Below, one piece after another: positions 48,654 to 58,755 of a DNA stretch of 64,000 nucleotides. This DNA comes from a virus. Every line of letters starts with the position of its first letter. Positions within the stretch are counted from its first letter, which is position 1. A program made the translations under genes and the position numbers. The stretch lies in IMG/VR virus record IMGVR_UViG_3300036985_004624. One strand, written 5' to 3'. Below the pieces are notes generated by a model. It saw only the letters and a list, made by a program, of their open reading frames with translations. It made no database searches and was not told where the DNA came from.

Positions 48654-49319
48654 TTAGCAGATACCGAACCGATCATAATAATCACACACGGTGTTCGCCC
48701 ACTTAGTTTCGTAGTGGGTAAATTCGTCACCTTCTATCACAAATTCCTGGTATTTAGCGTCCCGTGTGGCAATCATTATGACACCACGATGAATATCTGT
48801 GCCAAACATCTCATTATGGGAAAGGGTATAAGCGCATAATTGCATAAAATACCCCTCAATCCATTCCCTCCTCTTTTCCTTCAAGCTATTCTTATAATCC
48901 ATAATAGATGGTATACCGTCGTGCAAGCCTACCAAGTCTGTTGTTCCTGCATAAAGGCCCGTCGAATATAAAGATACTTCTGTACCCCAGACTTCACTTA
49001 CTTTAGAGATACCTTTTTTAATTATCAAATTTGCTAAAGATTTTGCCATGAAAGATCCGGTCATAGGCTTGTCTAATATGTAATTTTCTATATTATTATG
49101 CATGCCTGTACCAAGACCGCTGGCTTCTGTGGTAATTCTTGTGGCTTCCTTTTCGCCCACGTTAGCACGCCACTCTAATAGGTGTGTCATATCTTGCGTT
49201 TTGCTAAGGATTGTTGTTACAGACGGGAGTGGTCTGCCTTCACCGACTATATATCGTCTACCGTTTCCTGTATCTACTCGTTTTAAGGGTTTATAGTCGA
49301 ATTTATTTGTTATTATCAT
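48654..49319 (-). CDS. PD-(D/E)XK exonuclease
   Basis: LPSVTTILS, GT.MH, YAGTTD, DYK, Q..AY. Confidence 0.9.
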   Translation of the reverse strand: MIITNKFDYKPLKRVDTGNGRRYIVGEGRPLPSVTTILSKTQDMTHLLEWRANVGEKEATRITTEASGLGTGMHNNIENYILDKPMTGSFMAKSLANLIIKKGISKVSEVWGTEVSLYSTGLYAGTTDLVGLHDGIPSIMDYKNSLKEKRREWIEGYFMQLCAYTLSHNEMFGTDIHRGVIMIATRDAKYQEFVIEGDEFTHYETKWANTVCDYYDRFGIC

Positions 49320-49359
49320 TGATAAAGTGTAACACAAAGAGTATCACTAAGTCAATGTT

Positions 49360-50526
49360 TTACCAGCAGATTTTCCACTGTATCGTACTGCCGGTTTGAG
49401 GATTTACTTGTATTAAAATAGTATATCCTAACCCAGCAAAATAAGACAATACGGCATTTAATTGCATTTGAATCGGTTTATTAGTAGTTGTGCCGGCCCA
49501 GACTTCCCAATATAAGTGAGGGTCCGTTCCGAACGTATTATTCGCCGAATTTATGGTAATTACAGCCGGCGGTGCGGGTGGATTAGGCAAAGGTGCTGTG
49601 ACAGGATTTAATACAGCACCTGTGGCAGAACTAGTGTATTGTGATCCGGGTGTAAGTACATTAATTGCCGAAACGGCGTCACCAGTTAATACAACAGATG
49701 TGGTGGCGCCGGTACCGGGGTCTGTTATAATTACATAAGGCGGAAATACAGCGTATCCTGCTCCTATATTTTCTATGATTACTTGTGTAATTGTTCCTAG
49801 TATATTAGTATTCACATATGCTGAGAAACCTGCGCCTAATGGGTAAGGCAATAAAGGATTTATAGAGGAAACAATCTGTACTTCCGCAAGGCTAGGCTGA
49901 TAACCTGATCCTGGATTTAAAATAGCAATCGATAGAATTTCACCTGTTATACTGACTGCTGTAATCGCAAATCTTGCATCAACATACCCGGCATTTGGTA
50001 ACACTGCGCGGGTAGCAACAACTGAATCGAGTGTTGTGTAGCCACTACCTCCTGAAACAATACTGATACCTACTATATTACCTGTTGCGTTAACAAGAGG
50101 TGTTAAATTTGCGTTTATGCCAGCTAAAGAACTTACGTCCATAGTTGCTGGTACGGGTTGATAATCTAATCCACCCGATACCATATTGATAGATAAGATA
50201 CTTCCACCATTTGTTGTAACTGTTGCCGATGCTGTCGACGAAGGTGTGGACCCAACAGGTGGTATAAAAACAACCGCTGGGCTATCCTCATAATAATCGG
50301 CGCCACCATCTACCACTGTTATTGATGTTATACCAGTAACAAATGTCATAGGAGTATTTCCTACCACTGTGGTGCACATTTGGCCGCCGCCGGGTTGGCA
50401 CTGACTAGATGCTGCAAGAACAGCTTGTTGAATTGCACATATTTCTTCCCAGACTACTGGTAGATTTGTTGCAAGGCCTTCCATTTGGGAGGCATTTGGG
50501 AAACCAGTAGTTGTATCACAAGACAT
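49360..50526 (-). CDS. Virion structural protein with repeated I-x-I-x-x-x-G-x-GY beta motifs
   Basis: Six or more copies (ITVVDGGADY, ISIVSGGSGY, IAILNPGSGY and others). Confidence 0.7.
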   Translation of the reverse strand: MSCDTTTGFPNASQMEGLATNLPVVWEEICAIQQAVLAASSQCQPGGGQMCTTVVGNTPMTFVTGITSITVVDGGADYYEDSPAVVFIPPVGSTPSSTASATVTTNGGSILSINMVSGGLDYQPVPATMDVSSLAGINANLTPLVNATGNIVGISIVSGGSGYTTLDSVVATRAVLPNAGYVDARFAITAVSITGEILSIAILNPGSGYQPSLAEVQIVSSINPLLPYPLGAGFSAYVNTNILGTITQVIIENIGAGYAVFPPYVIITDPGTGATTSVVLTGDAVSAINVLTPGSQYTSSATGAVLNPVTAPLPNPPAPPAVITINSANNTFGTDPHLYWEVWAGTTTNKPIQMQLNAVLSYFAGLGYTILIQVNPQTGSTIQWKICW

Positions 50527-50535
50527 GTCTATTTC

Positions 50536-50859
50536 CTATTTAATCTTCGTGGCTTTTTGTGCCATATCGCCAACTCTGGCTGCTGCGTCCTCTCCAGGAT
50601 CACTACCGCCCTGTGCCGAACCTTCTGCATCTGTCATGCGAACAAGTGTAGGTGTTGCATTAAGCACTGCAGGATTTCGACTTAATAATAACATTAAACT
50701 ATTCTCGTCTACCGAATAACCCATACCTTGTAATTGCGAAACAAGATCCTGTGTATTAATTTCCAAAGACCCGGCGCCTTTAGCGCCTATAAGAAGATTA
50801 CTGAGATCTGATTCTAAGTTCTCATTATAATCTTCTTCGAGTATTTCTCTTGCTCTCAT
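50536..50859 (-). CDS. Hypothetical head-associated protein (MRAREILEE)
   Basis: Operon packing; N-terminal ILE motif. Confidence 0.65.
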   Translation of the reverse strand: MRAREILEEDYNENLESDLSNLLIGAKGAGSLEINTQDLVSQLQGMGYSVDENSLMLLLSRNPAVLNATPTLVRMTDAEGSAQGGSDPGEDAAARVGDMAQKATKIK

Positions 50860-50867
50860 TGCGGATA

Positions 50868-52322
50868 TTAATATGTTTTGCTAACGTGGATTTGACCGCC
50901 GCTGGCACTTTGATCGTTACCAGATTTTCTAATTTCTTTAGCATATCCGGCAGTCTTATTTCTATCAGCTACAGCAGCAGGATTTGATGCATCTTTCTTA
51001 GTTCTAGAAAATGTATTATCACCCGAATATTTGTTGCGTGAAGAAATTTCTACCTTTTCTTCAACTTCTTGAGCTTCTTTAAGTGCCTTTGCCTTGGCAA
51101 TAAGCTTCTTCATTTCCATAACTTTATGCTGTAGGATAGACTCCATCTTCTTAGAACGCCCCAATGCTTCTTCACTACCGAAGTCATCTTCGGGTTCACC
51201 GAGTTCAGCACCAATATTATCTAAATCGGCATCGTCTCCCATGCCGTCATCTTCCGGAGGTACGCCGTCCATGCCGTCCATGCCGTCCATCCCAGTATCC
51301 ATGCCAATATCTTTATCCATATCAGTCTCGGCACTCACTTGTCCAGTTGCTGCCATGTTTCCGACTGCATCATCCACTTGTCCTTTAGCAGTATAAAGAG
51401 CATCCATAACACTTTGCAGTGCACCATATATCTGTGTCTGGAAAGCCGAAGCCGATTCCATACCATATGTTTCTCTCATCTGATCAGTAACAGGAGGCAG
51501 ATCTTCGTTTTGTAAGCGACCGATCTTTTCTACCATTTCTTGCAGCTCGCCTGAGAAGCCTTTAGCTGCCATCATAACCTCTGCTTGACTAACTTCTGTT
51601 TCCAAAAGACGTCTTAGGTTTTTTACTAAATTTGCGTGTTCTTTCATTGCTATTCCTTTACTTCTTGCGTCTGCTTGTGCAGCAAATGGGTCTGGTACCA
51701 TACGACCGCTCTTATCGCGAATCATTGGTGTCTGTTCTTCGTCTTCTTCAATTCCTACAGTTGCTTCGCTGTCTTCTTGGGCTGCTTCGCCGTCTGTCTC
51801 TTCCGTTACAGAAATTTGCGATTCTACATGTACAGAATCTGCATTAAGTTGAGACAATGCTATAAGTGCAGACATTGCACCAGCCCGAACTTTTTCCTCG
51901 ATGAGGTCGTTAGGAAAATCTTTATCACTTTTGCGATATTCTCTCATTGTGTGTTCGATAGCCTTCTCGAAGTCGGACATACTCACTCCTGCTCCTTCGA
52001 AATGATCAACAACCGCAGATACCATGCCGTCGATAAGAGGTTTTAACTGACTCGACTGAAATTGCTTCTGAATCATTGCATATTCTTTAATACTTCTTAT
52101 GCCTTCCAGAACTAGTAATCTCTTCGATACTTCCGAAGAACTTCTTGCATCATCACCCTTAATCTTTAAGTCAGCAATTTCTTCTTCTATCTGTTCTGTT
52201 ATAAAGACTAGATCTTTATCGCTAATATTCTCAGAAATCTTAAAACCGTAGTTAGTTTCGAGGTACTGATTTATCCTTCTGAATGTGGTGTCTGGTGATT
52301 TACCAATATCGTTTAAAAGCAT
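50868..52322 (-). CDS. Acidic head scaffold/core-like protein
   Basis: Acidic coiled coil with LLE sites; TAAATA upstream. Confidence 0.55.
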   Translation of the reverse strand: MLLNDIGKSPDTTFRRINQYLETNYGFKISENISDKDLVFITEQIEEEIADLKIKGDDARSSSEVSKRLLVLEGIRSIKEYAMIQKQFQSSQLKPLIDGMVSAVVDHFEGAGVSMSDFEKAIEHTMREYRKSDKDFPNDLIEEKVRAGAMSALIALSQLNADSVHVESQISVTEETDGEAAQEDSEATVGIEEDEEQTPMIRDKSGRMVPDPFAAQADARSKGIAMKEHANLVKNLRRLLETEVSQAEVMMAAKGFSGELQEMVEKIGRLQNEDLPPVTDQMRETYGMESASAFQTQIYGALQSVMDALYTAKGQVDDAVGNMAATGQVSAETDMDKDIGMDTGMDGMDGMDGVPPEDDGMGDDADLDNIGAELGEPEDDFGSEEALGRSKKMESILQHKVMEMKKLIAKAKALKEAQEVEEKVEISSRNKYSGDNTFSRTKKDASNPAAVADRNKTAGYAKEIRKSGNDQSASGGQIHVSKTY

Positions 52323-52371
52323 ATAAACCGTTCCTGTTAAGTTTTATTTGTATTATTTATCATTCTACTTA

Positions 52372-52827
52372 CTATTTTACTCTCTTGAAATTAAAGATAC
52401 TGTCCTTAGTTCCTTTAGCGTAAGTCTCTGCAACTTGAAATTTGTCTTCTAATATAGCCATTCGCTCTATATCATGCTTTTGCTTGGCACCTTTAAGACA
52501 ATTTAAATAATGAATCATATCTGTATGATATTTTGAGAATTTTTCTTCTAAAGATAATACTTTTTTTATAATACTAGATTCGCCCGAGTTATATCTCTGA
52601 GCAATTATTACCGCGATATCAAATATAGATATATTTTCATAAATTATCTCTTTATCGGTGGTTACAACATTGTATAATCCCGATGAATTCTTTTCTACTA
52701 ATGTATTACCGACAAGAGTAATACTATTAGACATTTTCATAGGGTACCCTTTAGTAAAGGCCAGACGAGCACCCCGAGTTGTAGCCTTATCTAGCTTATC
52801 TATTAAGACAGATCTACTAGTTTTCAC
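52372..52827 (-). CDS. Hypothetical protein
   Basis: GTGA overlap with the upstream gene. Confidence 0.65.
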   Translation of the reverse strand: MKTSRSVLIDKLDKATTRGARLAFTKGYPMKMSNSITLVGNTLVEKNSSGLYNVVTTDKEIIYENISIFDIAVIIAQRYNSGESSIIKKVLSLEEKFSKYHTDMIHYLNCLKGAKQKHDIERMAILEDKFQVAETYAKGTKDSIFNFKRVK

Positions 52828-53426
52828 TTTTTAAACCCATTATTTGTTCTACTTGCCGTCTTCTTATTGTTTGCTGCGAGGGTAGCGGACAATTCACCCG
52901 ATGCCTGATTTGGTTTTGTATCGCCTACTACTGTTTTTGCTACTTCCGGAGTATATTCTTTCTTTATTTTTTCGTCGGTTGGTTGACGACGGTTCATAGA
53001 GCCCATCGACTTAGGTGCTACAGCGATACCACTGGCGCTTATGCCACCACAGCTACCATCTTCTACAATGCCGGCCAATTGCTTCATTCTTGCAAGTGCT
53101 TTATCTTCGACCACAGGTTTTCCAGATTGATCAACAGACGGTTTCATCCATTCCATTTTACCTGTCTGCGGATTCTTAACCTGAACGCCACGCGGGTCAG
53201 CTTCCGGTTTCAATGGTGCAGGTGCTGTAGCGGCAGGTCGACTTTGTTGGCCTGCCGCTGGCTGTGTCGCGGCTGGTGCTGTAGGTGATATTGGTTTCCC
53301 CGATGGTGGCACAATATCGGCACTTGCTTCATCTAACGCATAGTAGTCTTTAAATGACATACTCGAAATCATTTCTCTTGGTTCACCATGCATAAGCGAA
53401 TTAATAATTTTATCATGTTTAATCAT
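52824..53426 (-). CDS. Hypothetical head-associated protein
   Basis: Start MIKHD overlaps the upstream stop; RMKQLAGI.E motif. Confidence 0.6.
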   Translation of the reverse strand: MIKHDKIINSLMHGEPREMISSMSFKDYYALDEASADIVPPSGKPISPTAPAATQPAAGQQSRPAATAPAPLKPEADPRGVQVKNPQTGKMEWMKPSVDQSGKPVVEDKALARMKQLAGIVEDGSCGGISASGIAVAPKSMGSMNRRQPTDEKIKKEYTPEVAKTVVGDTKPNQASGELSATLAANNKKTASRTNNGFKK

Positions 53427-53923
53427 ATCGTAGCCATCCTTGAAAATGCTATATTCTTTAACCAACCCGACGGGCTTCCTGTTACTGTAGTAATTCTGAC
53501 ACCACTCGGAATAATGACACCATTTAAATCGTCTACCAGTAAACCGACCGGGCCGGGTGTACCATAGGGAGTAAAATTATAAAATTGAACACCTCGTTCT
53601 ACAGCAAATTTCCATACAAAACCTTCTCCAGATAATTCCGGAGTATAATCGGCTAATTGTAAGACTGCTGCAGGATCTGATAGAACAACAGGCATGGCTC
53701 TTAGTCCTATGCTCATTAAAAACACTTCGAAATTCTTTTGACTCTGATCTAAGGGACTACCTGTAACTTGAATGTTTATTAAACGTGCTAATTCTTCAGA
53801 TGGAGGCGGATTGGGATTAGGATCAGTAAAGGCACCCGGAGAAGACGCATAGCAAACATAGAATGCCAAATCTGCTGTCAGATTTTGCATTGCTGTGGCC
53901 GCGCCATGTATTTTTTGTACCAT
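53423..53923 (-). CDS. Putative virion protein (MVQKIHGAA)
   Basis: SD plus TAAATA; N-terminus shared with 54305-54898. Confidence 0.65.
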   Translation of the reverse strand: MVQKIHGAATAMQNLTADLAFYVCYASSPGAFTDPNPNPPPSEELARLINIQVTGSPLDQSQKNFEVFLMSIGLRAMPVVLSDPAAVLQLADYTPELSGEGFVWKFAVERGVQFYNFTPYGTPGPVGLLVDDLNGVIIPSGVRITTVTGSPSGWLKNIAFSRMATI

Positions 53924-53943
53924 TTCTTATCCTTATCCGTTAT

Positions 53944-54183
53944 TTATGTTAAAGTCCAGGGATGGCCTTCAGCGGGGCTAACTGTACCCGGTGACGTATA
54001 TACATTATATGGACGATAGCTGGGGCTAGATGTGTCGCCGCCGGCTTGGCGCTCGACCTGTGCTATCATTCCCAGTTTAATATCTCGTTTAGTTAATGCC
54101 GGGTTCGGCGATATACTACCTTGATAGTCAATATAATCGTTCCAACTAGTATATCCTGGCGGCACTGGAGGCGGTGTAGACAT
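53944..54183 (-). CDS. Small Pro-rich hypothetical protein
   Basis: SD plus GATAAATA upstream. Confidence 0.6.
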   Translation of the reverse strand: MSTPPPVPPGYTSWNDYIDYQGSISPNPALTKRDIKLGMIAQVERQAGGDTSSPSYRPYNVYTSPGTVSPAEGHPWTLT

Positions 54184-54263
54184 TTTTGTTCCTTATCATT
54201 TACATTATTTATCAAGTTCTGTGCTATACACATAAATTTTGATATACTGAAATTTTATTCATT

Positions 54264-54288
54264 AAAAAAGGCTCCGAAGAGCCTTTTT
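54264..54288 (-). terminator. Intrinsic, probably bidirectional, terminator
   Basis: aaaaaggctc-ttcg-gagcctttttt on the minus strand. Confidence 0.85.
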
Positions 54289-54304
54289 ATTTTAAAAACA
54301 ACAA

Positions 54305-54898
54305 TTAAGTTGTAATTAAAGCTACTGGTTGGTAGCTGTTTGCAGAGCCAATAGGGGCTCCGTTTGGATATGTTGTAGAACCAGGTGTGGAACCCACGCC
54401 AGTTTCTAAATCACCATTAGCTAATGTAGCAACTGGCATTGTGCCGTCGAACGCTGCGAAATACATAGTGAATGTCAAATACGAATCGCTAACATCAACT
54501 AGTTGTCCAAGCACTGTGTTTCCACCTGCTGTTGTAATAACTGCTTTAGCACCAACCACTGTATTGCCAGTAGAAATAGCACCGACGTTATCCGAGAAGT
54601 AACCTTCCGAACATCCAACCATCACGTCAACAACTGTACCTGCTGCGCTCAAAGCAGAAATACCTAATACTGTTGCCTTCAACTCTAAGTTCTTCAAAGC
54701 TTGAACAACTGCAGACTCAACCACACCAAAAGAAGTATCACCTTCGGAAGTTGTTGTTGTTGCTGTATTTGTTCCAGTTAAAAACATGCTTGCTGCAGGA
54801 ATAGCCAGAAGACTGTGATTAAATGTAAGCTTGATGAAAGCTACTTGTTTTTCGACCCAGATACCAGGATATGCTGCGCCATTAATTTTTTGTGTCAT
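54305..54898 (-). CDS. Putative abundant virion protein (MTQKINGAA)
   Basis: Monocistronic unit: GATAAATA, AAGGAG SD, own terminator. Confidence 0.7.
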   Translation of the reverse strand: MTQKINGAAYPGIWVEKQVAFIKLTFNHSLLAIPAASMFLTGTNTATTTTSEGDTSFGVVESAVVQALKNLELKATVLGISALSAAGTVVDVMVGCSEGYFSDNVGAISTGNTVVGAKAVITTAGGNTVLGQLVDVSDSYLTFTMYFAAFDGTMPVATLANGDLETGVGSTPGSTTYPNGAPIGSANSYQPVALITT

Positions 54899-54974
54899 TT
54901 TAAAAACTCCTTATTTTTTGATAGGATAGTCCTATACATAAACTTATTTATCATTTTGAGATAAAATAGTTTCC

Positions 54975-56999
54975 TTATTTAATTAAATCGTGTATATTTA
55001 GATGAATCTGAGATAAAAGTCCTGCATAATGTTTACTATGCTTTTTACCGCTCTTCCACGACTGTATAATCTGGTTCTTTATACGAGTTACATTTATATC
55101 AGTGCCAGTTTTTGTTTTCATGTGACGTAATATTTTAATGTACTGATCCGATTTTAGTACATCGCTTAATGTTACACTTTCATCTATAATGGTATCGTCG
55201 ACTTTCTTGTTACGACCCAAAGAGTTATATTCGTGCTCTCTAATAACCTCATTCTGCATAGTTCTCTTTTCTAAAACTATAGCTGTAAAAATTTGCTTTA
55301 CTTCTTCGGTAGTAACTTTCCTACCGAATATCTTCTTACCTAAGTCGGCTGCTCTGCCAAACATTCTTTCGCCTGCGCCGGCGGCCTTATCTAACCACCC
55401 TGGTTCTTCTTCTTTACTTAATTCTTCGCCATATTCTTTTTGCATAAATGCAATTAAATCTTTCTTTAGGCCGCTCTTATTAACATGATCCATTATAATA
55501 TCGATAGCTTTACTCACAGATCCCGAATTTGATTCACTGGAATCTCTGTCATTTTCGCCACGACCAAAGACGGTAGAAAAGACTTTATCACGCGCATCGC
55601 TATCATACCCGAAGCTTTTCAGAATTCTAACTATCTTTTCCGAATCATCTGTATAACCCGTATCTTTCCAAGCCTGTTGAAGGTCTTTTATATCTACTCT
55701 TTTCCTAGAAAATCCCGGCTTAGATACCTGTATAAATATATCTCTTATATCATCCTTATCTAATGCCTGTTCCGTTAAAGTGGTATCATTTAATGCTTGC
55801 CACAACGACTTTCTTTGTTCGGGTGACATACGTTTAATTATATTCTTTATCTTATCTAACTGTTCTTCCGGTTCTACTTCTGCTGTAGGTGCCACATCTG
55901 TTCCCGTATTAATCTCTGCGTCAGATATCTTTGATTGTAATAAAGTAAAGACTTTTTCGACACCTTTTTCATCTATTTCTGTCGGTTTATCTATAAATTC
56001 CTCGACCAGACCAGTTGCAGGAGTATCTTTGTCGGGTACATTTCTATATTTCTTTTTGTCTATAATATTATAATTGTCGTCATATGTTAAATTTAGACTA
56101 GTTTCTCCGGTAGGATCGTCGGGATCATCGATAGTTACCCCTAATGTGCCATTACCATTTCTTGTAAGGCCCTGACCTCCGGTCACTTTCATCATATCAC
56201 TCTTACGCTTATCTTTTTCTATCTCTTCTTTACTTTTCGGTTTTGCTGGTTTAGGTGCAGGAGCAGGAGGTGTACCTGGTTTAGGTGCTGGCGCAGGAGG
56301 TGTACCTGGTTTAGGTGCTGGCGCAGGAGGTGTACCTGGTTTAGGTGCTGGCGCAGGAGGTGTACCTGGTTTAGGTGCTGGCGCAGGAGGTGTACCTGGT
56401 TTAGGTGCAGGAGCAGGAGGTGTACCTGGTTTAGGTGCTGGCGCAGGAGGTGTACCTGGTTTAGGTGCAGGAGCAGGAGCAGGAGGTGTACCTGGTTTAG
56501 GTGCGCTTGGCGGACCTTTTTTCGAAATAACAGTCTCTATCGCGCCATTAATTGTTTCATCATCTAAATGAGTATTAGTCTTTAAGAATTTTGTAAGCAT
56601 ATCGGTAGTTACTTTCTTCTTATACGAAAGTTTACCAGTCTTTGGGTCAGATTGAGTGGCAACTACTTGATTATTTTTTAAGAACTGAATCCATGCTTTT
56701 GTTAATTCTTTAGATGGCGCACCTGCAGCAGGTGCTGGCGGGTTCGATGCTTTTGGTGCTGCCGGGTTCGATGCTTTTGGCTTGGCTGCTTTTGGCTTTG
56801 CTGCTTTTGGCTTTGCTGCTGTTGGCTTTGCTGCTGTTGGCTTTGCTGTATGTACTAATCCTGTCGGCGTCTTTGTAATTGTGCCTCCTGTACTAGATTT
56901 TGACTTGTTTGCACCGCTTAGTGTATTACTCATCTGGCCAAATGCGTCGGCACCACCTGGCGGACGTTTAGATGAACGTGATATTTCATTTAAGTTCAT
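54975..56999 (-). CDS. Modular protein with Pro/Ala/Lys-rich repeats
   Basis: 674 aa; MNLNEI start; AKPKA and PAPKPGTPPA repeats. Confidence 0.7.
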   Translation of the reverse strand: MNLNEISRSSKRPPGGADAFGQMSNTLSGANKSKSSTGGTITKTPTGLVHTAKPTAAKPTAAKPKAAKPKAAKPKASNPAAPKASNPPAPAAGAPSKELTKAWIQFLKNNQVVATQSDPKTGKLSYKKKVTTDMLTKFLKTNTHLDDETINGAIETVISKKGPPSAPKPGTPPAPAPAPKPGTPPAPAPKPGTPPAPAPKPGTPPAPAPKPGTPPAPAPKPGTPPAPAPKPGTPPAPAPKPGTPPAPAPKPAKPKSKEEIEKDKRKSDMMKVTGGQGLTRNGNGTLGVTIDDPDDPTGETSLNLTYDDNYNIIDKKKYRNVPDKDTPATGLVEEFIDKPTEIDEKGVEKVFTLLQSKISDAEINTGTDVAPTAEVEPEEQLDKIKNIIKRMSPEQRKSLWQALNDTTLTEQALDKDDIRDIFIQVSKPGFSRKRVDIKDLQQAWKDTGYTDDSEKIVRILKSFGYDSDARDKVFSTVFGRGENDRDSSESNSGSVSKAIDIIMDHVNKSGLKKDLIAFMQKEYGEELSKEEEPGWLDKAAGAGERMFGRAADLGKKIFGRKVTTEEVKQIFTAIVLEKRTMQNEVIREHEYNSLGRNKKVDDTIIDESVTLSDVLKSDQYIKILRHMKTKTGTDINVTRIKNQIIQSWKSGKKHSKHYAGLLSQIHLNIHDLIK
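56248..56504 (-). repeat. 30-bp coding tandem repeat, about 8 copies (PAPKPGTPPA)
   Basis: Unit ggtttaggtgcWggMgcaggaggtgtacct; one copy has a 6-bp insertion. Confidence 0.95.
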
Positions 57000-57007
57000 G
57001 TTATTGA

Positions 57008-57277
57008 CTAATCTCTATCTATCTCGTCACCATCTTTTATACGATTTACCATTCGAGTAAATCTAGCTGGATCTGATCCTCTGATACTCGAGACAAAGCG
57101 TTTCTTTAATGCTTCAGCCTCGGCGGGCGAGAATGAATCATCTATCGATTCAAGTAAATTTATTGCTGATACTATAATATGTTGCGCTCGTGCCTCAATC
57201 AGATCTTCTTTACTTTTCTGAGGTACGTAGGCGCTAATTTCTTCTAATATAGATCTGCTTCTGCGATTAATAGACAA
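57008..57277 (-). CDS. Hypothetical protein
   Basis: TTG start after GGAG; TAAATA upstream. Confidence 0.7.
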   Translation of the reverse strand: MSINRRSRSILEEISAYVPQKSKEDLIEARAQHIIVSAINLLESIDDSFSPAEAEALKKRFVSSIRGSDPARFTRMVNRIKDGDEIDRD

Positions 57278-57315
57278 TTTATAGTCTCCAATAACTTTTA
57301 ATTATTTATCGTCTT

Positions 57316-58755
57316 TTATCTTTTCTTAAGAAATGCTCGAACACCAGCTGCACCTTCTAACGGGTCTACTGTAGATTTATTTTGTGTGAAACTAGTAATC
57401 TCGCCCGTTTTTGCATCAACTTTTTCACTCGATCTGACAACACTGTTCCGCTTCAATTGCTCCATCACACTCTTAGAAGTTGCTGCAACTGCACCTTCAT
57501 CACCCTCTTCTAAGTCTGATATACGCAAACTCTTATTATTGAATGCTAAATCTATCTTAGACCCAACACCCGAACTCGAACGTGTCTTAATAAATTGAAT
57601 CTGATAACGGCCGCTTTCCTTCATAGCAGCACTTGTAAAAATGCCTATAACATTATCAGCTGTGTTCACCTTAGAAATACCACCTGCAATATGACTAGGG
57701 TCATATTCTATTTCTTCGTATGAACCGCGATTCAATTGTGATGCAGATACTGTCACTATATCGAGTTCTACCGCTAAATTTCGTAATTCTTCTGTAACAT
57801 ACTTGTCTTTAACGAATAAATTCTCTGCAGAAATCTTCTTGCTCATAGGAGACATAAGATCTAAGTAGTCAACTAAGATTGCATCTACTTTTTTACCACA
57901 ACTAATTTCATATTCTTTAATATATGCTCTAATATCATTGGTCGTACATCCATTCGGCATTTGTTTAATACGCAAGGAGCCTTGACTTTTCTGTTGAGAT
58001 GCACGAATACGCATATGTACATCATCAATATTACGCATAACTTCTCTTGTTTCATAATTCGTGTGCATTGCATCGATACGCATAGCACTAAGCTTTTCAC
58101 TTAACTCTAAAGATAGATATACTACATTAAATCCCGCTTGTGCCCAATTAACTGCTAAATTCTGTAAGAATAAAGACTTACCTGCACCGGATTGTCCTGC
58201 AAAAATAGTTAATTCACCCTTGTTCAGTCCGCCGAACAATTTATCATCGACTGTTTTCCATCCGGTAGATACTTGTCCCTTATTTTCTCTTAAAGCTTCT
58301 AATCGTGCCCTCGGGTCAGCATAATAATCGAGTCCGAGATCCTTAACCAATGCAATTTCCACCGCAGCTTTAATATCAGCCAATACCTCACCATATCTGC
58401 CCTCATCTAATCTTTCCGGTGATGCTAGAATTGCATCACGCAATGCTTTGTGTTGGCAGAACTTTTCAAACTCTCTTAAGAACCAGCCATCGTGTACGGC
58501 TGCTTCTTCTTCCATTATTTTGATTTCTTTTTTTGTTACTGCCCGGATTTCATCTAAGGACGGTATAATCGAGAAGGCAGTACTATATCCTTCTATGAAT
58601 GCAACTGTGTCACGGTTTTGTTTATCGTCGAAATAAGCAGATTTTATAATTCCCTTACATCTAACAAACAGATCTTTATTACTCATCATAAAACTGATGA
58701 ATATATCCTCTATATCTTTACTATAGTCATTAATTTCGCTGGCATCATCGCTCAT
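57316..58755 (-). CDS. dnaB: Replicative DnaB-like helicase (gp41-like)
   Basis: STGW..VD..L.GG...GEL, GQSGAGKS, SLEL, VDYLDL, ASQLNR. Confidence 0.93.
   Translation of the reverse strand: MSDDASEINDYSKDIEDIFISFMMSNKDLFVRCKGIIKSAYFDDKQNRDTVAFIEGYSTAFSIIPSLDEIRAVTKKEIKIMEEEAAVHDGWFLREFEKFCQHKALRDAILASPERLDEGRYGEVLADIKAAVEIALVKDLGLDYYADPRARLEALRENKGQVSTGWKTVDDKLFGGLNKGELTIFAGQSGAGKSLFLQNLAVNWAQAGFNVVYLSLELSEKLSAMRIDAMHTNYETREVMRNIDDVHMRIRASQQKSQGSLRIKQMPNGCTTNDIRAYIKEYEISCGKKVDAILVDYLDLMSPMSKKISAENLFVKDKYVTEELRNLAVELDIVTVSASQLNRGSYEEIEYDPSHIAGGISKVNTADNVIGIFTSAAMKESGRYQIQFIKTRSSSGVGSKIDLAFNNKSLRISDLEEGDEGAVAATSKSVMEQLKRNSVVRSSEKVDAKTGEITSFTQNKSTVDPLEGAAGVRAFLKKR

Noticed and set aside
56248-56504. 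30-bp repeats as CRISPR
   Set aside because: Directly tandem, in frame inside a CDS, with no spacers or cas genes.
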